Virus record (IMG/VR): IMGVR_UViG_3300034072_000369
Location: 6,093 to 70,092 of that record
Origin: a virus
Strand: one strand, 5' to 3'
Length of the DNA: 64,000 bases
Below are positions 41,237 through 49,843 of the stretch, piece after piece. A program made the position numbers and the translations under genes. Numbering within the stretch: position 1 is the stretch's first letter; every line of letters begins with the position of its first letter. The notes beneath the pieces were generated by a model that was not told the origin of the DNA, ran no database searches, and saw nothing but the letters and a program-made list of their open reading frames with translations.

Positions 41237-42283
41237 ATGACAGATCTAACAACACCATGGGCTAATTTAAAAATTGAAACTCCATGGTCAACTGTAGGAT
41301 ACCTTACCTACAAGCGAACTTATGCCCGACCACTAGAAGGTCAAGGAAGAACTGAAGAGTTCGAAGAAACAATTGAGCGTATTTTAAACGCCTGTGCAAC
41401 TCAACTTAATGTAGGTTTTACTGCAGAAGAGGAATCTAGATTAAGAGAATATTTTCTTAAATTAAAATGTTCTGTTGCAGGAAGATTCTTATGGCAATTA
41501 GGTACTGATACTGTAAATCGTATTGGCTTAGCTTCGTTGCAAAACTGTGCATTTACTGTAGTTGATCAGCCTATTAGACCATTTTGTTGGGCTATGGATA
41601 TGTTAGCCTTAGGCTCAGGTGTAGGCTATAATATTCAAAATAAATATATTAATAAACTTCCTGCTATCAAAGAATGGTTTAAAGCTCCAACTAGAGTTGA
41701 CAATGGTGGAGCAGATTTTATCATTCCAGATTCAAGGGAAGGTTGGGTTCGATTCCTAGGTAAAACGCTTAAGGCTGCATTTCTTTCAGAAACTCCCGAG
41801 AAGGGAACCTTCACATATTCAACACAGGTTATTCGAGGAAAAGGCACGCCAATTAAAGGATTCGGAGGCGTAGCTAGTGGTCCTGAAGATCTATGTTGGG
41901 GTATTGGTAAGATTTCAGAAATTCTTGAAAAGAGATGTGGTAAGAAAATCCGATCTATTGATGCACTAGATATTATGAATATTATTGGCCATATTATTGT
42001 GGCGGGTAATGTTCGTAGGTCTGCACAGATTGCAATTGGAGATCCGGATGATGTTGAATATTTGCTTGCAAAGAGATGGGATATGGGCAATATTCCGTCT
42101 TGGAGAGCAATGAGCAACAATAGCGTTGCTGTCTCTGATATTAAAGACTTACATGAGTACTTCTGGGATGGCTATGAAGGTAAAGGAGAGCCTTATGGTT
42201 TGATTAATCTAGAGCTTTCTAGAAAAATTGGCAGACTAGGCGAAACTCAATACCCTGATCCAGAAATTCAGGGCTATAATCCT
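41237..42283 (+). CDS. nrdJ: Class II (B12-dependent) ribonucleotide reductase, exon 1
   Basis: YKRTYAR, LQNCAF, GSGVGY, GNVRRSAQI; ends GYNP just before the catalytic Cys; no NrdB partner in the window. Confidence 0.9.
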
Positions 42284-43104
42284 TAATTGCATAGGGACTT
42301 AAAGGAGTAATTCTTTAAGCAAACTTACTTAAAAACGGTGAAACTCTTTATTTAAAGACAATACCGTGCCAATCCGATATGGAGGGTGTAACGACTATGA
42401 GAAAAGATCTGATTAAAAGACTCTATTCTTACTCAATGTTTGATGGACATTTAGCATTTTTTGGTGGTTCAGTGAATGCTGCACTTGTCATTAATATGTT
42501 AGAAGAAAATCAAGACTATATTGAGAATGTAATTAAGTCTGTGGAAGAAATCCCGCTATCTTATAAAGTATCAAAACCTGAAATTTATAGAAAAGATGGT
42601 TTTGAAAGAAAACAGCAACTCAGATTACAAACAAGCAATCATCCAGTTTTTACAAAAATTCATGAAAGAATTTATGTGAATTCTCACAAGACATTCGATC
42701 CACATATGGCTACAATGTTTGATGAAGAAATGCTGGCAATTGCTTTTATGGCTGATGGAAGTTGCTATTTAGATAAGAGATGGGAAAATGCAAAACCTAA
42801 TTTTAGATTGCATTTAAATAACTGGACATACGGAGACTTAATGCTGTTCAAAGAGTGTTGTAAAACATCTTTTGGATTAGAAGTTAACACCCGTAAAAAA
42901 GGTAATAGATATGATCTTGCTATTCCAACAAGCTATTCTGAATTTTTTGTTGAAATTGTAAGTTCATATATTCTTCCATCTTTTCAGTACAAACTCGGAC
43001 GGTAAGCTCCACTTTAATGTGGATGATGATATAGTCTGAACTGTATAGTGATATACAGAGAATAGCAGAAATGTTTATTCCTCAATAAAATGAGTAACAA
43101 AATG
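42284..43104 (+). mobile_element. Group I self-splicing intron (821 nt) in the RNR gene
   Basis: P1 UCCU/UA pairs with UAGGGA, giving a U-G pair at the splice site; P10 GCAUA pairs with exon 2 UGUGC; P7 GACUA (42393-42397) / UAGUC (43032-43036); terminal G at 43104; splicing restores NP-CAE in frame. Confidence 0.92.
42397..43005 (+). CDS. Intron-encoded LAGLIDADG homing endonuclease (two-motif type)
   Basis: LYSYSMFDGHL and LAIAFMADGSC motifs; GGAGG RBS upstream of ATG 42397. Confidence 0.85.
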   Translation: MRKDLIKRLYSYSMFDGHLAFFGGSVNAALVINMLEENQDYIENVIKSVEEIPLSYKVSKPEIYRKDGFERKQQLRLQTSNHPVFTKIHERIYVNSHKTFDPHMATMFDEEMLAIAFMADGSCYLDKRWENAKPNFRLHLNNWTYGDLMLFKECCKTSFGLEVNTRKKGNRYDLAIPTSYSEFFVEIVSSYILPSFQYKLGR

Positions 43105-43989
43105 TGTGCTGAACAAAGCCTAGCCCCGTACGAGACATGTTGTCTAGCTGAAGTGTTTTTACCTAATGTAGAATCTAAAGAAGAGTTTCTAGATATATTA
43201 GAGCTACTTTATCGTATTAATAAACATTCTTTAACATTGCCTTCTCATCATCCAGAAACAGAGAAAATTGTTCACAAGAACATGCGAATGGGTATTGGTC
43301 TTACCGGTATATTACAAGCTAGCGCCGAACAAAATTCTTGGATGTCTGAAGGTTACGAATATCTCAGAGAGTTTGATGAAAGATATTCTGAAATAAACGA
43401 CTTTAATGTATCTATTAAACTAACTACAGTAAAACCTTCGGGAACTCTATCACTATTGCCTGGCGTAACACCTGGAATTCATCCTGCATATGCTAGATTT
43501 ATGTATAGGCGAATCCGTATTGCGGCTAGTCATCCGTTAGTAGAAACCTGTCGTAACAATGGTTATCCAATAGAGTATGTGAAGAACTTTGACGGATCTG
43601 AAGATTATAATACAGTTGTAGTAACATTTCCATTCTCTTATCCAAAAGGAACTAGACTTGCAAAAGATATGACGGCATTAGATCAACTTAATGAAATTAA
43701 ACGACTTCAAAGAGATTGGTCGGATAATAGTGTATCCTGTACAATTTACTATCGTAAGGAAGAAATTCCTATAATCAGAAAATATTTAGAAGATAATTAT
43801 ACAGATAATCATAAGAGTTTATCATTTTTACTTCATTCTGATCATGGTTTTCTTCAAGCGCCATATGAGGAAATTTCTGAAGATGAATATAAACGACTTG
43901 TTTCAAAAACTAAAGTCATCAACTCAATCACAACAGCAGACTTCGACAGCAACGATGAATGTGTCTCAGGGGCGTGTCCAATCAAATAA
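43105..43989 (+). CDS. nrdJ: Class II ribonucleotide reductase, exon 2
   Basis: Begins CAEQSL...ETCCLAE; RMGIG, TTVKPSGT, C-terminal CVSGACPIK; spliced product 643 aa. Confidence 0.9.
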   Translation, partial: CAEQSLAPYETCCLAEVFLPNVESKEEFLDILELLYRINKHSLTLPSHHPETEKIVHKNMRMGIGLTGILQASAEQNSWMSEGYEYLREFDERYSEINDFNVSIKLTTVKPSGTLSLLPGVTPGIHPAYARFMYRRIRIAASHPLVETCRNNGYPIEYVKNFDGSEDYNTVVVTFPFSYPKGTRLAKDMTALDQLNEIKRLQRDWSDNSVSCTIYYRKEEIPIIRKYLEDNYTDNHKSLSFLLHSDHGFLQAPYEEISEDEYKRLVSKTKVINSITTADFDSNDECVSGACPIK

Positions 43990-44252
43990 TATAAAGGCAG
44001 AACTTGTATTAAAAAATGGGGTATTTGTAACTGTTTATCATCTGAAAATGAAACACGTATTGATAGCAGCAGATGAAAACCCTATAATGCATGGGATGAA
44101 ATTAATCTGTTGTTTAACTAAGTTTGATGATAAGATTCCTGAAGTCTCAGAAGTTATGAATTTGAGTCCAGCGGACTATAATTATATTATGTTTCATATT
44201 CTTAAATGAAATTAGGGTAGCTAAAATGCTACCCTTAAAAATTGGAGTTATT

Positions 44253-44510
44253 ATGAGCCTAGCAGATCATGAGTTTAAAATAGAGTTATCTAAGTTATTA
44301 AATAGATTTTCAATTGATAATGACCTTAATATACCTGATTTTATATTAGCAGAAAGTCTAGTAGAAACCTTAATCAATATGAAGAAAGTCCAACATAGTC
44401 TTGATAATTATTTCAATAGCTTTGAACAAGATCTTGATGGTGATCATGCAAGTGCATTAGCATCAGCAGGCTTTGGAACAGATGAAGATTATGCCGGTTC
44501 GGATTTTTAA
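44253..44510 (+). CDS. Hypothetical protein
   Basis: GGAG RBS before ATG 44253; contains NIPDFILA. Confidence 0.6.
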   Translation: MSLADHEFKIELSKLLNRFSIDNDLNIPDFILAESLVETLINMKKVQHSLDNYFNSFEQDLDGDHASALASAGFGTDEDYAGSDF

Positions 44511-44695
44511 CTATCTTATAAGGAATACAATGGAACAGCTCCCACCACTTTATAGAATAACATTTACAACTAATAGAAACGAACTACAAACAACTCAAAG
44601 ACGAGGTTATGAACTTACAATGTTAATTAATAAATTTCTTATTGAAAATATCGGGAAAATCGGCTGCATACTATCAATTGAAAGGATTGCTAGGG

Positions 44696-45607
44696 ATGTT
44701 TAAACCAATGTTAGCTCCAGGCGAAGATCCTATGTCTTATCCGGACTATTTTGAAAAGCTGAAGTATCCTTTATTTTGTTCGCCAAAGTATGATGGAATT
44801 AGATGTATTACAAAGTATGGCAAAACACTTTCCAGATCAGGCAAGATACTACCATCGAAACAAGTTCAGAGGGACTATAGCAAATTAAATAATTTAGATG
44901 GTGAACTAATTGAAGGCCTTTCAACAGATGTAGACGTATATAATCGAACTCAAAGTTATGTCATGTCAGAAAATAAATCTGGCAATATATCATATCATAT
45001 ATTCGATATTGTATCAGATGAAGATCTTAATAAGCCTTTTTATGAAAGACTTCAAATTGCTTCTAAAAGAGTTCTAGAGTTAGGTAGAGCTGATGTAAAG
45101 CTGATACCGCATCTCTATGTAGAAAATTATGACGATCTTATGGCGTATGAAAAGTTGTGTCTAGACGATGGCTATGAAGGCATTATGATGCGGCATCCAG
45201 AAGGTCATTATAAGCAGGGTAGAGGTACATTTAAAGAAGGTTTAATCTATAAGCTTAAGCGATTCAATGACGGAGAAGGCATATTAGTAGACATCCTTCC
45301 GATGATGGAAAACCATAATACATTAGAAAAAGATGAGCTAGGTTATGCTAAAAGATCTAGCAGCAAAGATGGTCTAGTAGCAAGTGATATTGCAGGCAAA
45401 TTAGTAGTACTGGTTGAATTCCAAGATGAAGATCTGTATCTTGATGTAGCTCCAGGTTCATTTACTCACGAAGATAGGAGAAAGTTACTAAAGAATAGAG
45501 AAGAATATCTTGGTAAGATATTGAAGTTCAGGTTCTTTAAACATGGTGCGAAAGACAAACCTAGGTTCCCAAGAGCACTTGGATTTAGAAATAAAATAGA
45601 TTTATAG
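44696..45607 (+). CDS. ATP-dependent DNA ligase
   Basis: KPMLA, KYDGIR, LDGEL, IFD, EGIMMR, KLK, PRFP motifs. Confidence 0.93.
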   Translation: MFKPMLAPGEDPMSYPDYFEKLKYPLFCSPKYDGIRCITKYGKTLSRSGKILPSKQVQRDYSKLNNLDGELIEGLSTDVDVYNRTQSYVMSENKSGNISYHIFDIVSDEDLNKPFYERLQIASKRVLELGRADVKLIPHLYVENYDDLMAYEKLCLDDGYEGIMMRHPEGHYKQGRGTFKEGLIYKLKRFNDGEGILVDILPMMENHNTLEKDELGYAKRSSSKDGLVASDIAGKLVVLVEFQDEDLYLDVAPGSFTHEDRRKLLKNREEYLGKILKFRFFKHGAKDKPRFPRALGFRNKIDL

Positions 45608-45615
45608 GAGTTATT

Positions 45616-45789
45616 ATGATCAATATGATTGAAGAATTTCAAGTTTCTTTGCAAGATGCTGATTTAGATATGGAAGAGTTTATTGAAACTTATGAAACAG
45701 ATATCTTTGAGTTATTTGAAACAGGTTCTGTTGAAGTAAAAGTAGGATCAGATACATACTTAATTGCAGTAGTTATTGAAAGGGTTTAA
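45616..45789 (+). CDS. Small acidic protein (57 aa)
   Basis: AGGAG RBS, ATG 45616, TAA 45787-45789. Confidence 0.6.
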   Translation: MINMIEEFQVSLQDADLDMEEFIETYETDIFELFETGSVEVKVGSDTYLIAVVIERV

Positions 45790-45791
45790 CA

Positions 45792-46757
45792 ATGTCTGGT
45801 TTTAAGCGTACAACTATCCAGAGACTTTTGAATAATAAAATGGAAGCCTTAATTGAAAGTATAACAGATTCTAAAGTTAAAGAAGCTGTTGCAAAAGACT
45901 CAATAGTATCAGGTGGTGCTATAGCATCTATGCTATTAGGTGAGCAAATCAATGATTATGATATTTATTTCAGAACATATGATACTACTTTATTAGTTAC
46001 TAATTATTATGTAGATCTATTCAATGCATTAAATGGAAAGCTTAAAACCGCAGTAAAAGATTGTAATCCTGAAGTGAAAGAATCTAGTATAGTCAATATA
46101 AAGGGAGAAACAGAGCAAAGAATAACTATTTATATTAAAAGTGCAGGAGTTGCGTCTGAATCTCAAGAAGAATATAATTATTTCGAAAGTCTTACAGAAG
46201 ATGATACTGAAAAGTTTACAGAATCCTTACATCAGAAACCAATTGAAACTGCAGAGTTAATTGTAGAAGAAATTAAAGATAAAACTAATAAATATAAGCC
46301 AGTATTCTTGTCTGATAATGCTATAACATTAACAAATAAAGTACAATTAGTAATAAGATTTTATGGAGATCCTAAGGATATTCTACGAAATTATGACTTC
46401 GCGCATGCAATGAATTATTATGACTATGGTCATAAGGATTTAGTGCTACATCAAGACGCCTTAGAGTGTCTATTATCAAAAACGTTAATATATAAAGGCA
46501 GTCTTTATCCAATAGCATCAATATTTAGAACTAGAAAGTTTATTCAAAGAGGTTGGAGAATTAGTGCAGGTCAAATGTTAAAGATGATCTGGCAACTGAA
46601 TGATGTAAATTTAAAGGATTCAGCAATTCTTCGTGAACAATTGTTAGGCGTCGATCAGGCATATATGGTACAACTTATTAGAGCTTTAGAAAATGAGAAA
46701 GGAAAAATTGATGCAACTTATATTGCTAAACTAATCGATGAAATCTTTGAAACATAA
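45792..46757 (+). CDS. Nucleotidyltransferase-fold (Pol beta superfamily) protein
   Basis: SGGAIASMLL...NDYDIYF (GG...DxD), later YDFAH and RKFIQRGW. Confidence 0.65.
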   Translation: MSGFKRTTIQRLLNNKMEALIESITDSKVKEAVAKDSIVSGGAIASMLLGEQINDYDIYFRTYDTTLLVTNYYVDLFNALNGKLKTAVKDCNPEVKESSIVNIKGETEQRITIYIKSAGVASESQEEYNYFESLTEDDTEKFTESLHQKPIETAELIVEEIKDKTNKYKPVFLSDNAITLTNKVQLVIRFYGDPKDILRNYDFAHAMNYYDYGHKDLVLHQDALECLLSKTLIYKGSLYPIASIFRTRKFIQRGWRISAGQMLKMIWQLNDVNLKDSAILREQLLGVDQAYMVQLIRALENEKGKIDATYIAKLIDEIFET

Positions 46758-46962
46758 AATGAAAATATTTCAACCTGGACAGATCTGGAGAGACAGAAGT
46801 GGCAATAGATTGGGAATTCTATATGTTATAGATAATATAGATTTTCCAATCATTGCGATTTCAGATAAGAAAATTCTATATAGGTTTAAGAAAGAAGGCC
46901 ATTATATTGATTCTAAAATTAGGCATGATAGGGACTTAATAGATGAAGTCACTGACAAATAA
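46738..46962 (+). CDS. Hypothetical protein
   Basis: ORF track; coupled to neighbours. Confidence 0.55.
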   Translation: MKSLKHKMKIFQPGQIWRDRSGNRLGILYVIDNIDFPIIAISDKKILYRFKKEGHYIDSKIRHDRDLIDEVTDK

Positions 46963-47161
46963 GGCGTTTCTAGACAATCTAGTATCTGAAAGTGAATTTG
47001 GAATTATAGCAGAAGCATTTATTATAGAAGCAATTTCAGAATATTCTAAAACTATCGTTGAGAAAGGAGTACCTAATGAAGACAGAAACCTAATATCAGG
47101 AGTGCTATGGTATAATGTAGCAAAAGAAATTGAAGATAAGCTTAAATTAAAGTTTAATTAG
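46943..47161 (+). CDS. Hypothetical protein
   Basis: ORF track; coupled to the upstream gene. Confidence 0.55.
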   Translation: MKSLTNKAFLDNLVSESEFGIIAEAFIIEAISEYSKTIVEKGVPNEDRNLISGVLWYNVAKEIEDKLKLKFN

Positions 47162-47173
47162 AAAGGTCTTTAG

Positions 47174-48013
47174 ATGAAACCTATTGTAATATATCATAAG
47201 AACTGTGCGGACGGTGTAGCTGCTGCCTGGTGCTTCTGGAATAAATTTAAAGATTCTATGGAGTACTATGAGGGTGTATATGGTAACACAACACCGGATA
47301 TTACAGATCGTGATGTATATCTTGTAGATTTTTCATATAAAAGAGATGTTGTAGAAACTATATGTAAGTTTGCAAATAATGTTATACTTATTGATCATCA
47401 TATAAGTGCTCTAGAAGATTTATGGGATCTTCCTGCAAAGTATGATAATTTTAGCTTAGCAAACTCTACTAAGAAGCACAGTGGAGCGAGATTAGCTTGG
47501 GACTATGTTAAATCAATAACTAAACATGATGAGGTAAGACCGAGATTATTAAATCATGTAGAAGATAGGGATCTATGGAAATTTGAATTACAGTACACTA
47601 GAGAGATTATGATGGCCGTATTTTCATATCCTCTTACGATAGAAATGTTTGATGAATTACAAAAGTATGATATTCAAGATCTAATTGCAGAAGGAAGAAC
47701 ACTTCTTAGAAAGCAAAAACAAGATATAGATCTCTTGATTAAAACAACAGAAAGAAGTATGGAAATTGGCGATGTACTTGTCAAAGCATATAATGTTAAT
47801 TATTTCTTTGCGAGTGATCTGGGTGATATTCAAAGTGTAGACCAGCCATTTATTGCCACATACTATGATACAAAGAATAGTAGAGTGTTTTCTTTGAGAT
47901 CAAAAGATACAGGCTTTGACGTATCTAAAATTGCTGCAATATATGGAGGCGGTGGACATAGAAATGCTGCTGGATTTAAAGTAGACAGATCTCATCCACT
48001 TGCATGTTGTTGA
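47174..48013 (+). CDS. DHH/DHHA1 phosphoesterase (nanoRNase-like)
   Basis: YHKNCADG, VDFS, IDHH, DRDLW, SLRS, GGGGHRNAAGF. Confidence 0.9.
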   Translation: MKPIVIYHKNCADGVAAAWCFWNKFKDSMEYYEGVYGNTTPDITDRDVYLVDFSYKRDVVETICKFANNVILIDHHISALEDLWDLPAKYDNFSLANSTKKHSGARLAWDYVKSITKHDEVRPRLLNHVEDRDLWKFELQYTREIMMAVFSYPLTIEMFDELQKYDIQDLIAEGRTLLRKQKQDIDLLIKTTERSMEIGDVLVKAYNVNYFFASDLGDIQSVDQPFIATYYDTKNSRVFSLRSKDTGFDVSKIAAIYGGGGHRNAAGFKVDRSHPLACC

Positions 48014-48123
48014 AAATAAGTGAAGAAAAGCGGCCGTAGGTGCAGTTCGGCGGCCTGGTATCACCTTCCTCCTAACTTGGGCCAAAAATGGCAAGAAGGG
48101 CTGTTTCTGGCCCTCGTTGGGGC
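48013..48123 (-). other. GC-rich intergenic element B (inverted relative of 27321-27432)
   Basis: Reverse complement starts GCCCCAA...CCAGA and ends GGCCGCTTTTCTTCACTTATTTT, matching element A at both ends. Confidence 0.55.
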
Positions 48124-48167
48124 ATTCATAAACTAAAGGAGAGTCGTGAAGACGATAAATTCAAGTT

Positions 48168-48185
48168 AACCCGTTAAGTTAACCC
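48168..48185 (+). promoter_or_regulatory. Class 1 motif AACCCGTTAAGTTAACCC
   Basis: 17/18 match to the consensus, intergenic. Confidence 0.75.
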
Positions 48186-48227
48186 TATTTTATAAAGAAA
48201 ATAGATGTTTAGAAACGCGAACTACTT

Positions 48228-48254
48228 GCGTTAAAAGTAGTATCTTATATGATA
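48228..48254 (+). promoter_or_regulatory. Class 2 motif, third copy
   Basis: GCG-TTAAAAGTA-GTATCTTATATGATA; same spacing as the other two copies; also TTGCGT-16-TATGAT. Confidence 0.7.
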
Positions 48255-48288
48255 GCGACATGCTATCTAATCTTAAGGAAATTTAAAA

Positions 48289-48843
48289 ATGGAATTAAAA
48301 CAAGTATTTACTACCCCTGATGGTAAGATGTTCGATACGCGCCAGGAAGCAATGAATTATCTGCGCCGTCCTAAGATTGCTGAAGCTCTTAATAAGATTA
48401 CGTCGAATAACAAAGAGCTGACTACGTGGCTTATTGAGCATCAAGAAACTGTTGAAATGGCTTTTGAGACCGGAACTATTCGCCGTGTCACTAAAGCTGA
48501 ACACAACAAGCTTTCTAAAGCAATTGAGGCTCTAAAAGAAATTCAAGGTAATCCAAAGATTGCTTTCTTGCAAGAACATGCAGGAGCTATTCTCGAATCA
48601 TTCCGTTGGCCTTCAGTCAAGCGTATGGATGATGCTGAGAAAGCGTTAGCTGCTAGGAATTCCTTAGTTGCTGCATCAGAGGGTAATGAAGACCTTGCTA
48701 AGTGGATTATTGATAACAAAGATGCTGTTCTAGCTGCATATGATGCTGGCGTAGAAAAGCGTCAGGTTAATCCAAAAGCTCAAGAAGCACTTGCTGCTTA
48801 TCGTGCTAAGAAAGCTGCTGAGAAAGCTCAACAAGCAGCTTAA
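48289..48843 (+). CDS. Hypothetical helical protein with an internal repeat, probably highly expressed
   Basis: TAAGGA RBS, GCT/CGT-biased codons like the capsid gene, duplicated N(K/E)(E/D)LxxW(L/I)I...A(F/Y)xxG segment. Confidence 0.8.
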   Translation: MELKQVFTTPDGKMFDTRQEAMNYLRRPKIAEALNKITSNNKELTTWLIEHQETVEMAFETGTIRRVTKAEHNKLSKAIEALKEIQGNPKIAFLQEHAGAILESFRWPSVKRMDDAEKALAARNSLVAASEGNEDLAKWIIDNKDAVLAAYDAGVEKRQVNPKAQEALAAYRAKKAAEKAQQAA

Positions 48844-48856
48844 AGATACCCTGGGC

Positions 48857-48947
48857 GACCTGAGTATGTCTAAAAACTACTCACTCCAGTAGACCTGAGT
48901 ATGTCTAAAAACTGCTCTCTTATAGCCTGAGTATTGCTCAACTGCTC
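48857..48947 (+). repeat. Three tandem pseudoknot-like repeats (candidate structured RNA)
   Basis: GACCTGAGTATGTCTAAAAACTACTC, TAGACCTGAGTATGTCTAAAAACTGCTC and AGCCTGAGTATTGCTCAACTGCTC, separated by 6-7 nt. Confidence 0.75.
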
Positions 48948-49003
48948 AATTTAAAAAATCTTCTATATAGTTTCTCTCCTTTCTCGATATAGAAGATTTT
49001 TAT

Positions 49004-49049
49004 TCCCTCCTTTTAAGGAGGGATTTTTTTAGTTCTTTATTTTTTTTTT
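49004..49049 (+). terminator. Intrinsic terminator with downstream CTTTA-T10
   Basis: TCCCTCCTT-TT-AAGGAGGGA followed by T7, then CTTTA(T)10 at 49035-49049. Confidence 0.85.
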
Positions 49050-49065
49050 ACTTAAGGCTATTAAT

Positions 49066-49428
49066 ATGACTTTTATAATAAATGAGTTTTATGATAGTGT
49101 AGTTGCTGATAAAGATAAACCTATTTATTTAGTTGTTGAAGATATGTATAAAAATTTATCAGAATATAATAAAGAGCTGCTAAGACAAATAGTTCTTACT
49201 AAAGATCCTATAAACTTTTTTAAAAAATTAGTTGCAAAGGAGCTAGATAGTCTTAATTACGATGAGCTTAAAGATCTAAATGATTTGCTACAAAATACTA
49301 CAAATGGTAATAAATCAAGTTTTGTTAATATATCCTTTTGGGCAGGTCTGCTAGAACGTCCAAATATAAGTTACGAAGATTATTTAAATATAGCAATCAA
49401 TATGATTGCCGCTAAAATTTCAAATTGA
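49066..49428 (+). CDS. Hypothetical protein
   Basis: ORF track, 120 aa. Confidence 0.6.
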   Translation: MTFIINEFYDSVVADKDKPIYLVVEDMYKNLSEYNKELLRQIVLTKDPINFFKKLVAKELDSLNYDELKDLNDLLQNTTNGNKSSFVNISFWAGLLERPNISYEDYLNIAINMIAAKISN

Positions 49429-49843
49429 GGAATATATGGATAAGCATATAATTGCAGAAATATGTGCTAAGATATTAGACGTGCTTAATATTCAATATGT
49501 AATTCTAAGTTCTGAAAAGCATTTCTCTAATATAAATGCACCAAAGACTATTAAAGCTAAACGTAGAACTAAATTAAGAAAACCAGGAAAAGATTATAAT
49601 AGAAGTGGTAATTCTAATAGAAAAACAATTGATAAGGATCGCTGGAAAGATATAAGGCCAGAGCTGGAGAAAAAGATCAGAGAAATGTCTGTAGGTCAAT
49701 CGATCGCATTCCCTGATTCATCTGGCAATGAAGGTTATAGATCTTTAATTTGTAATATATCGAGAAAGATCCTTGGTAGAGGTGGTATATTCTACTCTAC
49801 AACTCGAGTTAACAATGAAATAATATTGTATAGATTAAAATGA
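49406..49843 (+). CDS. Basic hypothetical protein
   Basis: K/R-rich; probable start ATG 49436 after GAGGA. Confidence 0.6.
   Translation: MPLKFQIEEYMDKHIIAEICAKILDVLNIQYVILSSEKHFSNINAPKTIKAKRRTKLRKPGKDYNRSGNSNRKTIDKDRWKDIRPELEKKIREMSVGQSIAFPDSSGNEGYRSLICNISRKILGRGGIFYSTTRVNNEIILYRLK

Noticed and set aside
42284-43104. Intein, or a naturally split RNR with an independent gene starting at 43090
   Set aside because: An in-frame stop follows NP, the endonuclease is in a separate ORF, and group I intron pairings explain the join exactly.
44214-44235. Hairpin AGGGTAGC-TAAAAT-GCTACCCT resembling the one at 34601
   Set aside because: Only two loosely similar examples with weak T tails; could be processing sites but not enough to define a family.
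48857-48947. Possible mini CRISPR array
   Set aside because: Units are separated by only 6-7 nt, there are no spacer-length unique sequences and no cas genes are present.
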